Source: Strigamia acuminata
Taxonomy: Eukaryota
Reading direction: 5' to 3'
NCBI GenBank assembly: GCA_949358305.1
Contig: OX442314.1
Location: forward strand, 15,500,001-15,564,000
DNA length: 64,000 bases
In this document: piece after piece, positions 53,501-64,000 of the stretch
Numbering within the stretch: the stretch's first letter is position 1
Layout: each line of letters starts with the position of its first letter
Position numbers and translations under genes: made by a program
Notes under the pieces: model-generated
Database searches by the model: none
Told to the model about the DNA's origin: nothing
What the model saw: the letters and a program-made list of their open reading frames with translations, nothing else

Positions 53501-55037
53501 ATGTTTAGCTGTTCACTGGAGCGTCACTGAAAAGTTTCGCTTCTATCTTTCGGGCATTAAGTTCGTGGTTTTCACCGACAACTGGTCGGTCTCTCATTTA
53601 CTCGCAAAGAAGGAATTGAATAGGAAATTTGCTCGTTGGATATTAGATTTGCAAGAATTTGACTTTACTATCAAGCATAAGGCAGGGAGTCTGAACGTGG
53701 TTGCGGATGCGTTATCTAGAGCAGTTAGTATTGATAAATCGAACGTGTTGATTGCAGCGGCATTGAGGGTTGGGGGAGAGAGGTTGAAGGAGCATCAGGA
53801 TTCAGATGAACGGTGTGCTGAATTAATTCAGAAATTGGGGGATAAGTTTGAATTGAAGAGCGGGGTTTTGTGCAAAAAGAAGACATTTAAGGGTAAGGAG
53901 ATCTGGAGAGTAGTTATTCCTGAGAGGATGAGAGTACAGATAATGAGGGAGGCACACGTTAAGGGCGGGCACTGCGACGCTTTTCAGACGCGTAGTAGAA
54001 TTCAGCGCAGAAACTGGTGGGAAGGGATGAGCAAGGACGTGCGTGATTTCGTCAGGAACTGCACACAGTGTCAGCTTCACAATCATAGAACCAGAAAAGC
54101 GGACGGTTTGTTGAAGTCGAGAGCTATTCCACCGAGGCCGTTTCACACGATCGCGGTGGATCACGGAGGTCCGTACACTAGCAGTTTCGGCTTTACACAC
54201 ATTTTAGTGGCGGTTGACTGCTATTCTCGATTCGTGGTAGCGGTCCCAGTGAGAGACGTTTCAACAAAAAACACCATTCGCGCGTTGGAGGAGGGCGTAA
54301 TTGGTCGATTCGGAATTCCAAAGAAAATTATTTCGGATGAGGGAACGGCTTTCATGTCTCGTGAGTTCAGTTCTTTCGCGCAGGCAAATGGAATTTTGTT
54401 GGAAGAATCGCCACCATATCACCACGCGTCGAACGGTTTGGCGGAACGCGAGATTCAGAACGTTTTGCAGAAATTGAGAAAACTGGGGAATTCGGGGAAG
54501 AAGTGGTCGGAGGATCTGGACGCAGCAGTTTGGGCCATCAACACCAACATCCAGTCCTCGCTTGGATTCACGCCTTTCGAGTTGGTACACAGCTTCTGGC
54601 CTTCAGAAAATTTGGAGTCGGCTTGGTTGGAGGCTTTGGAAGACGGATTCGACTTGGAAGAAATGTGGCATAAACGCAGAGAGGCCGAGGAAAATCTGGC
54701 GAGTTCGCAGACCGAGCAGAAACAGAGATTCGACAGCGGTCGAAAGCCTTCCGATCTCAAGAAGGGAGACAAGGTGTTGTATTCGAAGGGACCGCGCAAC
54801 AAAAAGTTTGACACGCTCTTCTCCGGTCCGTTTGAGGTGGTGAGGAAGTTGGGCGAGGAGGTGTTCCTCATAACGGACGTCGCGGAATCAAGATCGTGGA
54901 AAACACATGCATCCCAACTAAAGAGATTTTTCGCCGAGCACCAAGAGGAGATCGTCACGGGAGATGAGGGAGCGGCAAAGAGCAGCGAGGAGCCATCGGA
55001 GGCTCGATACGTTTTGAGAAATCGAAGTGTACCATAA
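50517..55037 (+). CDS. Gag-Pol polyprotein (SAP-like N-terminus, capsid, CCHC knuckle, aspartic protease, RT, RNase H, integrase)
   Basis: ORF is open from TTG 50463; the first ATG is at 50517. Motifs: CFKCGKIGHVSFDC (51729-51770), LIDPGA (DPG at 51915-51923), YLDD (52929-52940), RNase H DAS/ELE/TDN/DALSR, integrase HHCC plus DDE (IAVDH, ISDEG, NGLAER), C-terminal GPF. Confidence 0.96.
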   Translation: MAENLAVILQGCRSSLLSVVEDVLNVFTVTILKGEIDRRGLESTSNLKQDLMTVLLQNNKEIVAFEAAEAERIAAEKLVEDDAEIVEKTSAEELAKERLEAEKLEAEEAARPAGGSGASSAELMVFQMAEMMKMLMRDKSETAARNAETETRNSELLAQNTLVMNRLISSQCPQTVPATTVVQMHSTVDTVKAISSFSGDDMESVQAWLKEVKRVAKLSSWTDELTLLNAATRLEGHASDWQKTEGKKIISLEGWMWSLEERFKSRMNFHEFFELQSKRKLEASESIVHYIYSKNTILERCANRISESDRVSMILGGIGEELVSFPLASGNIGSVEELIHRARGLDGARKIKPKDKNINNVEVKRAARDVGKESTKEALSAASTNKNSQRHVQYKYGMDKSTLTCFKCGKIGHVSFDCLLASAGATTEKTPEKVAACVVKTRKPEMNLTVVTCSVEEFDTDVEALIDPGANLTIIDGRFLKNDTELRANKSGASFRAVNGSLKIDGFLDITFKIGDFESSMKNVAVSSDLPFPVIVGTDWRRQEGLRLVLEPNGDVNISRATESVRLGNCAIFNEAIDRGGECLVAVSEDEKFAKEVDEIVESVDSSVSQEEKLQLRAVFHKRKEAFNIDGSLGLYTDEECEVPLTHDRPIRCKPRRFSVQEEVRLRETVAKWRRLGICRESNSNYNFPFFTVDQPHHPTTPWRPVIDLRRLNEAVDMTVYRMPTIDEVLEFLLEDEPRLFNSGDIAMAYYNILLRQADCHKIAFFTPEGLMELLRMPVGYKLAPFVMQRAMDRMCSEVKRTKPYLDDVGQSGRSAGELIMSWDEFLGLVIQKGFKLNLTKCKLLRAEISFLGYIISKEGRRPDPERLSDIDKFKFFKNVKDVRGFLGFAGYHRQFIKGFASKVRCLTLLTRKGTRFEWLDEHQRAVDLIKSELKSCNWLGSFRRDAETILHVDASYEGLGVILQQRQGGKLVTIAFASKGVPESYSSAHSNELECLAVHWSVTEKFRFYLSGIKFVVFTDNWSVSHLLAKKELNRKFARWILDLQEFDFTIKHKAGSLNVVADALSRAVSIDKSNVLIAAALRVGGERLKEHQDSDERCAELIQKLGDKFELKSGVLCKKKTFKGKEIWRVVIPERMRVQIMREAHVKGGHCDAFQTRSRIQRRNWWEGMSKDVRDFVRNCTQCQLHNHRTRKADGLLKSRAIPPRPFHTIAVDHGGPYTSSFGFTHILVAVDCYSRFVVAVPVRDVSTKNTIRALEEGVIGRFGIPKKIISDEGTAFMSREFSSFAQANGILLEESPPYHHASNGLAEREIQNVLQKLRKLGNSGKKWSEDLDAAVWAINTNIQSSLGFTPFELVHSFWPSENLESAWLEALEDGFDLEEMWHKRREAEENLASSQTEQKQRFDSGRKPSDLKKGDKVLYSKGPRNKKFDTLFSGPFEVVRKLGEEVFLITDVAESRSWKTHASQLKRFFAEHQEEIVTGDEGAAKSSEEPSEARYVLRNRSVP

Positions 55038-55074
55038 TTTTGTAATTTTGTATTGTTGTCGAGGACGACAACCC

Positions 55075-55084
55075 AAAAGGGGGG
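55075..55084 (+). other. Polypurine tract
   Basis: AAAAGGGGGG ending 3 nt before the 3' LTR. Confidence 0.88.
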
Positions 55085-55087
55085 TCG

Positions 55088-55221
55088 TGTAAGCGATAGC
55101 GCCCCCTGGGGGTCTTTTCGATGACTTGTTCTATGTAATTTGGATTTGTTCTATGCTTTGAGATAATAAATCAGTCTAGTTCAGACATTCAACTTAACCG
55201 TATGTCTAAATCATTCTCACA
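55088..55221 (+). repeat. 3' LTR (134 bp)
   Basis: Direct repeat of 50082-50215, preceded by the purine tract and followed by the TSD CAAGC. Confidence 0.97.
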
Positions 55222-57613
55222 CAAGCACACAAGCAAGTAAAAATTTAATCCAAAACCATCAAATTAAACAATAAAGTAAATTATATCACTAAAAACACAT
55301 CAAATCCAAAATAAATCAAAACCACCAATATTTTCATTAAACAGCTCAAAATAATGATAAATCTCGATAAATTACACAAAAATACTTCATAAATCTAATA
55401 ATCAATTACAATACACAATAGTAACACTTGCAAAATGAAATAAATGAATAAAACTTCCAAGTTGATAAGCTCCCCCTTTGGGGTTCGCTTCTCTACAACA
55501 CAATTCTCATCTTAAAAACCCACCAGTTTTAACACACACCGAACTCGTCTACAATGCAATTATGCAGTGCGTGAAGCCAACCAACGCCCTCAGTGCTAAA
55601 GGTGGAAACACATCTAACACGCGTTTTAAACACGTTTCTTGCTGAACTTTGCAATTGCTAGTGCGATATTTAGCAAACGCTGTTTCTCTGTTTCCCTTTC
55701 CCAGAAAATGGCGACGATCAGACGAATCTAACTCTAATGCATCAAATATACCACGAAATCATTCATTGAATCTAATATACAACTAAAACATACAAAATCT
55801 CGCGATACGATCAGAAGTGTATCAATAAATTTAACAATGAAAGTTATTGATCCATTTGAATTATCGACCATGCGTAACCTCTGCTTTAAAAACAGACAGA
55901 GCAGTAAAACTTGAAGATAAGTAAACTTTGCTAACTGAAACTACCACCAAACCCTCATCCTAATGCTTCCATAAGACCAATTTTCCAATAACACGAGAAA
56001 ATCAACTTCGCCATCTGCAACCAATATTAGAACGCTAGACCAGAGAGAAAAGAAGAAAAAAAATTCGCGAAGAAGAAAGAAAAGAAGAAAAAAATCGTAA
56101 AAAAACGTGAAAAAAAAAAGTATATCTCAAATAAAAAAGAAAAAAAAAAAAAGAGAAATGAAATCGGTGCGGATCCTCCTGTTTGTTTATTTGCTTCAGT
56201 TTGTTTTCTCAAAAAAGCTTTTTGGAGAAGACGACCATTTTCCCGACCAAATCCTTATCATTTTTCATTACGGGCCTGAAGCAACTTATGATCGAAACTT
56301 TTCCAATCCTATCGTTTCTTCTACGGAAATTAATTTTCCTTCTAGTCTCGTGGGACGAGCTTTAAGAGAAAGAACTCGACTTGTGACTTGGCCTTTTCGA
56401 CGTGAGGGGTGAAGTAGTTTCGATGGTCACTGGACCAGCGCTTGCACATGCTCCACTGATTGGATGCCAACCTTGCGACCCCTGGTGGCGCTCACCTCAA
56501 ATTTCCACGCAGTCTTCATTCTTCCTGTACCTTAAGGAAATGGCTGCGGAAATGGTGCCTAATGACTCACTGCTGCACAAGATTGAAGGATTGTATCGAG
56601 AAAGTGGAAAAATCGTAACCAAAATGATACCAAAATGTTCCCAACGCTTTTTTCCCTTCATAATTTCTGCACTTTTCGATAAAAATACCAAATATTGACC
56701 ACTGTAATGCCGGGACATGTCTTCCGTGCATCATTGAAAATATTTTTTCTCTCTTCTCTTTTGTCAGTAATTGCACAATCAAAATTTCAATCGTTTTTCT
56801 CCCATTTTATTTTCAAACCAGAATGACACTAATCATTTCTTTTTTCCCCCTGCAAAATCCTTATTTCCTTTTCTTCAAAAATAATCTTTCTCAAGAAAAT
56901 TAATGTTCTCAAACTAATACATCAACGTAATTGCAAAATCGGAAGTTTACGCTAAGGTCAATGATATCCCCCAGTGGTCATTTCGTACCAAAATAAAATT
57001 ATCTATAATGACCAAAGGCGCACTTTCAATTACTTTAAAAGCAAACTTTTGCTCAAACTAATCCAATTTCAGCCAAATTCAACAAAAGACTGTACAAATT
57101 GAACCCGCTTAATAAAAGACCTAATTCAACTAATAATTCATGTAATGACCCCTTCTAGTCATGTCTAACAGCCGACTTCTACGAACTTTAAACTCCTTGT
57201 CGTAAAATATTTTTCCCACTCGCACCACGCACTAAATCAGCCATCTTTATTCACATGAAAACCATATACAATATATACTTGGCTCATTGTTCGCATTCGC
57301 CTGGCCCACCGCTTTCCCTAACGCCGTCTAGACCTCAGAGTCGAGTAAATCTTGTCCGCCCAGTGGAAAAAAAAAATCGCGCACCAGGCAAAAGTGAACA
57401 ATGAGTAAACTATATGAACACGTTTTTCACTTGCAAGAAAAGGTGGCCAATTTAGTTCACTGGGCACGACTTGAGTGAAAAAAATGTTTTTACAGATAAG
57501 TGAAACTTTTTTCGAGTGAAAAATAACTTAGCTGTTTACTGCTAAGAGAGAACAAGTGAGTGATCTCACTTTTTTCACTCCATCAAGCCATTTTCTCATG
57601 AAAACATGTACTA

Positions 57614-57703
57614 GGTTTCTAGGGCAGAGACAATTCATCTCATTCAGAGTTGTGTACCCGGCTTCTAGGGCAAAGCCAATTCATCTCAATCAGAAGTGTA
57701 TAT
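57614..57703. repeat. Tandem duplication, 46-bp period, 2 copies
   Basis: GGTTTCTAGGGCAGAGACAATTCATCTCATTCAGA versus GGCTTCTAGGGCAAAGCCAATTCATCTCAATCAGA. Confidence 0.85.
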
Positions 57704-60083
57704 ACAAAGGCTGGAAATGAAATTTAACTCAAGAACTCACCACAAATTCAGAAGCAGCACATGAAACGAGAAAAAAATATACAAGGAAAAAAAAAATAAG
57801 AAAAAGAAAAAAATTTCCTCATCTTAAACCGCCTCAAATCATTTTCATTCAACCACAAACTTCGAGTGGCAGGAAGTGGAAGACAACAGAAGAGGAAATG
57901 AACTTCACTCTCGACGTCGCACAAAACAGCATGTCGAATGGATGTTGTTATAATTTGTTGCCAAACCCAACTAGCATACACACATTGCTTATCACGTGAT
58001 CACTTTGCCTCTTTGCAGCCTCATGTCAACAAAGTTGACAGCGTGTAATTGCTTACGAATTAGCCTGGCTTGTAAGTGCTGACACTGCTTGACATGTTAC
58101 GTGGACTATGCGTGTGATATATTAACTTTGGTTTCGAATTCAACACATTCCTGAAAATGTAAACCAGGTATTTATGCCTATCATAAAAATTAATGTTTAA
58201 AGCTCCTTTTCCAAATTTAATCAATTAAAAAAATAATAAAAACTAACATTTACAATATTTTCTTTAAAAAAAAAATGACAAAGAAGGTCACCATCAATCT
58301 TTCGTTTAAATGTCAAGGATTTTTGCACCGAGCATTTCCAATCAAATTCATCTTCCTAACCATTCAATGAATTAAATGGCAGTTGGGATTAGGTTGCAAT
58401 CAACTTGATAAAATGTGCACTCGCATGTCGGGCCGTACTTTACCTAACCCGGAAGTAGCGCTAATGGGGCAGCTTTTAAAATGGCACCTGTATGTATTTG
58501 ACGGGCATAGTTAAAGGAATGGAACACGCCAGAAAAAAAAGTTTAATAATAAATTACTCATTCATTGTCACGTTTACAAAAACAGGAAGTAATTAAGCCC
58601 GAGAGAAAACGAAAATATCAACCAAAAAATAAATAAATAAATAGGAAAAAGGAACAAAATCTAATTCTTCAAAAAATTTCATTATCCAAACTCAATTAAT
58701 GCAATGAAAAGACCCACATATCAACATTGGCGGCTGACTAGCAACTCGCCTTGTTTTGTGGATCTCTACACCATTTATTCAGCGTCTATTGTCAAATGAA
58801 TACAACTAACTCACTACAAGAATCGATTCCAAATGTCACTTTGTGCACTTTTCATCAACTAGCAACTAAACTGAGCGACATTTTTCTCTTCTCTTATTAT
58901 TATTTCCCCTCATAAATATCATATTTCACCATGGCTCACATTCTCCATCTTCAGTATTACTAATGAAAACTAAAGTTCATCGCATTTTCCAATTTGATTG
59001 AAATGAAAATATGAAAAGAGGAAGAAAAATGTGGTTTTGGTGGTTCCTCTGATCCGTAGAAGAGGGGGGAAAAGAAAATTGGAAATTTTTTAACGATTTT
59101 CTTCTTCTCTTTCTTCTTCCCCATTTTTTTTTCTTTCTTTCTCAATTTTCCTAGCCACCACGCCTTTTTTTTGGGTAAATGTCAAAATCTCCTTCCATGT
59201 ATCCTTTAATAGATAGATTTACCCTGTGAACAATTTCGACTGATTATGAGCAAACCCACTGGACATATTAGCCACTCCAGCAAAAAAAAATAAGAAAAAA
59301 TGACTTTATTTTCAATAATACCTGCCAAAAAAACCTGACATTTTGCAACATCTGCTGAAACGTTCACAAAATTACTCGCTATACTATATAAACATAGAAC
59401 AAATCTCCCAAAACCAATAAATCAACAAAAACATAAAAGTTTTTTTTAAAAAAATTTTGTCGAAAATTATAAAAAAAAAAAAAATTTACTAAACCCATAT
59501 CTCATCATATAATATGACTCGGAAACAAAAAAAATTCACCTTAAAGGCGTGGACTAATTACCAACGAGATTACCTTTAATCATAGCAGTTAATGGTTAGA
59601 GCCTTTAGGAATTATTAATACATTCCATTTTTTGATGACCAAACCTGCCAACGCCTCGAGATAACAGCAGCGTTTATTGCTCACGACAAGGCTACCTTAT
59701 ATTACACCTGCTGCTTGCAATCCCCAAATCAATACTTAGCTCTAATCATTTGGCCCTCTATTGCCTTCTTTTAGTGACGAACTAGAGGTAGTTTAAGCAA
59801 GATTCCAGTCACAAATTCGTGTATTCACAATCCTACATTTAAACAGTCCCCAAAGATAATCACGCATTAAAGCCTTTTGTACAACTGTGGCTATAAATGC
59901 TAGACAATGCAATCTATGTCGTAAACACAGTCGTAAATCAAGTAAGGCAGGTAAATGAAATAAAAGCGCCGTTGTTAACTATGTAGTACAAAATATCACA
60001 ACGCGCGCTTTCTCTTTAACCAACTTTAAACAGATTTGTAATTCGCTCCAAGTCCGCAAAAGACAAAAATGGAAAGGTTAGAC

Positions 60084-60277
60084 CAACGCTTCTTAACCGC
60101 TGGTGCACGCATCCCCTGGAGGTGCGAGGCCACTTCAGAAAAATGTTTAATATATAAGTAGTTAAGTGACACCAATAAAAAAATTAGTTGGAAAAAAAAT
60201 CTTTTCCTTTGCTAAGGGGTGCAGCACAGATTTAAAATGTCAAGGGCTTGCCAACTGCTACAAAGGTTAGGAACACT
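60084..60277. mobile_element. Degenerate hAT/Charlie-like MITE
   Basis: Ends CAACGCTTCTTAACC / GGTTAGGAACACT resemble Charlie-type TIRs, with GGGGTGC-type internal motifs. TSD not intact. Confidence 0.45.
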
Positions 60278-63200
60278 CTTTAAATGATCTATTTTGGTCG
60301 GAATACAGCCATTTATTCTACTCTGAATCTGCACTATCAACGAAATGTGTATAGCTCCATCCATCCCTGCCAAATCAATTCATCTCGATCGAATTTAAAC
60401 CAATTCAAGAGAAATTGGTTTCTCTGGCTAAAGACTCGCATATGTATCCGTCGTGACTGAGTCCCTGTCTTATTGGATGACAACCACATTCCGCAGTAGA
60501 GTCACAACGTCAAGTGAAAAGATTGAATCAATCGCAATGTTTCCCCCTTAAATTCTTCAGCCGCGAATAGTGTGATTACACGCCATCTGTCATTAATTAA
60601 TCCCACCCGATTTATTTAGTGTAAACTGGAAATTTGTGGCACTCTTTTCCATCGTGGTGGTGTATGTAGTAACACTAACTAAGTCAGCAGAGTCCGAAAA
60701 AACATTTTCTTCTTTTTCGATCCTATTTATTTCTTTTTTAAGTGAAACGCAACGGCGCTCTTGCAAATAAATTGAAATAAACAGAAACGCTTGTAATTCA
60801 GCTTTAAAAAGACTTAATCTTCTTTGAAAATACAATAATATAGAGAAATAAAAAAAAATTACCCTAAACAAAAAATATTATTTTATGTTGATTCTACCTG
60901 ACTCGTAAAACCAATTTTTAAACCTTCGTTGAGCTTATAGCTCATTGATTATACGCTAAAATTCACAAACACCCTGACATAACAATCCAATTTTTAAAGT
61001 CTTGGGTCTACACGAGATTATCCATAATAATCGCGTGCCGCAGAGACTTGGAAATCTACCACAGAACACTAAGCATAATGGGATAAACATTTAATTACAT
61101 TCGAAAAATATTATTAAGTCTTAATCCACCCTTCGCGGAATAAAGCCTTCAAGAGAATACATCAGCTCAAAATATTTAATAATTTAATGTTCCGTAAAAA
61201 AAAAGCATAAAGTACAAAAAAAAAATAATAGAATTTAAAAAAAGAAAGAAAAAAGTCGCCATTTATTTTCATACTATATTGAATAAACAGGGAACGGAGA
61301 AAAAGCGTAACCTCTGGTGAATTGGAGGTGCTGTTGTGGTCTCGTCGTTTATTTTATAGTTTTTCGTTTGCATTTTCAAACGGCCACTCTGTTTTCCACA
61401 AACTTATCGATTTCTACACTGCAGTCTGCCCTTCTTTTCGTCTGGCAAACTAAATTACGTGGGCGAACAATTTCTATCGCAAAGTCCCCAGATAAAAATC
61501 ACAATTGAATAATAAAAATTACACAGAATAATTTATACGTACTTAACTTTTTCGTAATCGAATTTCAATATCCATACCCCGAGAACAAACTCTATCTAAA
61601 AAGAAATTCTTCCACTTCTTTAAACCAACAATTTTCCCACTCGCTCCTCTTTTACACCAGGATGAAACGGTTACAACTGAAAGAGCAACTTCCCCGAGCA
61701 ATTGCAATCTGACCATCAGCCATGTTTACTCAGGCTCTTAATTACTTTTGAGAATACTACTCCGAGCCAATAGGAAAGACACATATTACTTAATTTGAAA
61801 TCCTACCTTTGCTATCGTTCAAGATCCACCGTTCAATCCAGGACAACAACCAAAACCAACAAACAAATCGAAAAGACTCGTTTCATTTTTTTTATAAATT
61901 CGAACATAAAAAAAAAAAAAAAAAAAAAATAGACGCATGAAATTTTATATTGCCCGTAGCTCGTCCGAAATAAGCAGCCAAAGCGGATAATTTGTGTGCG
62001 AATTCATGTAACCAATTCGCCTTCAAAACAAGTTGCAAAATTATACATGATCGCAACATCTCTTTTCATGCGAAAGAATAGCTTAATCAAGTTACGGTAT
62101 ATAAACCAGCCTAGTTGTTTCACGCCTAACTGAAACTGAGCTCAAACCCTTCTGCATTTTCTCTCGTTATACCTTAATTTACAACAGATACAATATTTTA
62201 TTCGCTATCTGCAAATACGTAGAAATTATGACATAAACTTCTAATCGGCACAAACTGGAAATTAAAGCCAAATTATAGTGATAAAACGACTTGAAGAAAG
62301 GGTAAACACGCTATTTTGACAACCTCCCACCACCCCTAGATTTGGCGTGACTGCAGATGCAAACAACGTGCAGTAGCTTTAATGTTCGTCTTGATCTTTG
62401 CCTGTTCTTACCGTGAATTTCTGATCATATCATCAAATATTCACAACGTTCATACATGTTAAATTCGTAACTTGCTTTCACTTGAGGTCAGAATCGGATT
62501 TGTTTAAATATTTATGTAGAAAATGGCGAATCCTTCCTATATTTATTTATCTGGAGTATACGTGCACAAGAAAACTTCCAACCAACAAATTACGGGCAGC
62601 AAGAAGAAAGAAAAACAAAATAAAGCATTTTTTTTTAAAAATGAATAAATTAAAATCGCAATTTTAAAAATAGATTAATTCCTGTTTACGACGTTTTAGG
62701 CATTTTTTAAATCGGCAAAAATAAAAAATCTAAATACACAACGGTGAATGTGTGCGAGGCAATTATGTTTTTCGGCCTGTTTGTAGTGTATGGTTTTGTG
62801 TCTCGGTCTTGCGAGTAAATAGTAATTAAAAATTCCTTTATTTTCATTCAACCAACGAATTGTGGTTGTGGCTCACTTATTTAAACACAATTATACATTT
62901 ATTCACGTTTTATGAGGTGGATGCTTCACCTAAAAGCATAATGACACTTGAAAGTATGACCCCTTGATCTAAATTTCATGGCAGCCATTTTGAATTTTGT
63001 TATAGAAACCAAAACCCGATACAAAACTTTCTTTATGCGATTTTTATTGATGGTTTATGGCTGTTCCTGGTGCCCATTGTTTATAAAAAACAGCAAAAAC
63101 AGCAAAAACTTTGGACTGGTTACTTTTTGTTGTTTAAATATAGGTGGCGCTGAGGACAAAAAGCGACACCGCACATTGTCATAAAATATGACAATGGGGG

Positions 63201-64000
63201 AAAATATGCGGAAATAGCAGTTGGAAACGAGAATGGGATCACATTGTTTGCATTCACAAAACCACCGTGCAAAATGTTATTAGGCCATGCGCCCGAGCTC
63301 GCCTTCCTTTTCGTTTGCTCTTGCTACTAATGGAATCTCTCTCCTCTTGGTTAGTTCGGAAACCAGCAAAGTAAATACACGACAAAAATGAACAAATGTA
63401 ATTTTAATCTCAATATTTAAACTTGTTTTTCACTCTATTTATTTGATTATTTAAAATATTTTCAATTTTTTTTTAACTTTCAATTAATTTCTCTAAATAC
63501 GACGTAAACACGACGAGAAGACCCCATTTAACCCTCGTTTCTCGTTTGTTTCTGCAGAAACGAGTTTTGGAATGCAGCTAGTATTCCTCGAAAAACCCTC
63601 CGTTGCTCTTGGGAATGGCTTCCACACCAACATTCAAAGAGACAGACAAGCTTCAAACGCCTTTTAGATGTGTTTCTATTATCGAATGCACATAAAAGAC
63701 AAAACCTTAAATTTACCAGTGGTTTCATAATTTCCCTCAACCATTTGATCAAAACAAAACAAACTCCTTTCTTTAAACACTCCTGAAACTAAAACAAACC
63801 ATTCAAAATCAGTCAAAATCCCCCACAGATCCAATCCCTTTTCAAGCTTGCTTTTACATTTAGAAGCCACGTTCGATTTGCAATGCGTTCATGATGTATG
63901 CATTAGTACGTACCCACATCTAAGTAGAATAGTGAAACCTATAGCGCAATGTCATGAACTTTTAATGAGAATCTGTACGAAGCGCACGAAGAAATGCTTA

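Larger units (their letters stand above)
50082..55221 (+). mobile_element. Full-length Ty3/Gypsy LTR retrotransposon, recently inserted and possibly active
   Basis: Two TG...CA LTRs (50082-50215, 55088-55221) identical by eye. 5-bp TSD CAAGC (50077-50081 and 55222-55226). PBS and PPT present. Uninterrupted ORF in Gypsy order gag-PR-RT-RH-INT. Confidence 0.98.

Noticed and set aside
50596..54958. Antisense and overlapping ORFs inside the Gypsy ORF (e.g. 131, 144, 167 aa)
   Set aside because: Shadows of codon bias in gag-pol, with no recognisable motifs.
55037..55087. env gene or chromodomain in the Gypsy element
   Set aside because: Only 50 bp separate the stop codon from the LTR, and the integrase tail is short and acidic with no chromodomain pattern.
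57361..57600. AGTGAAA/TTTCACT-rich block, possible foldback remnant
   Set aside because: No definable TIR pair or TSD.
1..64000. CRISPR arrays, rRNA or prokaryotic operons
   Set aside because: No regularly spaced repeat-spacer array, no rRNA-like sequence and very low coding density. The sequence is eukaryotic.

Overview
AT-rich eukaryotic (probably invertebrate animal) DNA with no recognisable host protein-coding gene. It reads as a gene desert or, more likely, part of a very long minus-strand intron: there is a strong AG|GT recursive-splice-like site at about 25115, and the + strand looks A/C-skewed by eye. The recognisable content is transposons. (1) An intact-looking Ty3/Gypsy LTR retrotransposon (50082-55221) with apparently identical 134-bp LTRs, a CAAGC TSD, a tRNA-Ser-type PBS and a single gag-pol ORF. 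(2) A dead IR/DR-type Tc1 (DD34E) element with 255-bp TIRs (8521-10167). (3) An RT-deleted, decayed DIRS tyrosine-recombinase retrotransposon (about 13534-17396). Its internal complementary region is split by an 810-bp foldback element with a TTA duplication and a tRNA-Ser-derived sequence in its centre. (4) Several MITEs (two hAT-type with 8-bp TSDs), a possible solo LTR and a (CCATT)n-tailed retroposon fragment. Most short ORFs in the supplied track appear spurious. I see no evidence for a wholly new multi-gene system. The best novelty candidates are the nested DIRS/foldback/tRNA structure, the CTCF-like motif and SAP-like Gag of the mini-LTR Gypsy element, and the recursive splice site.
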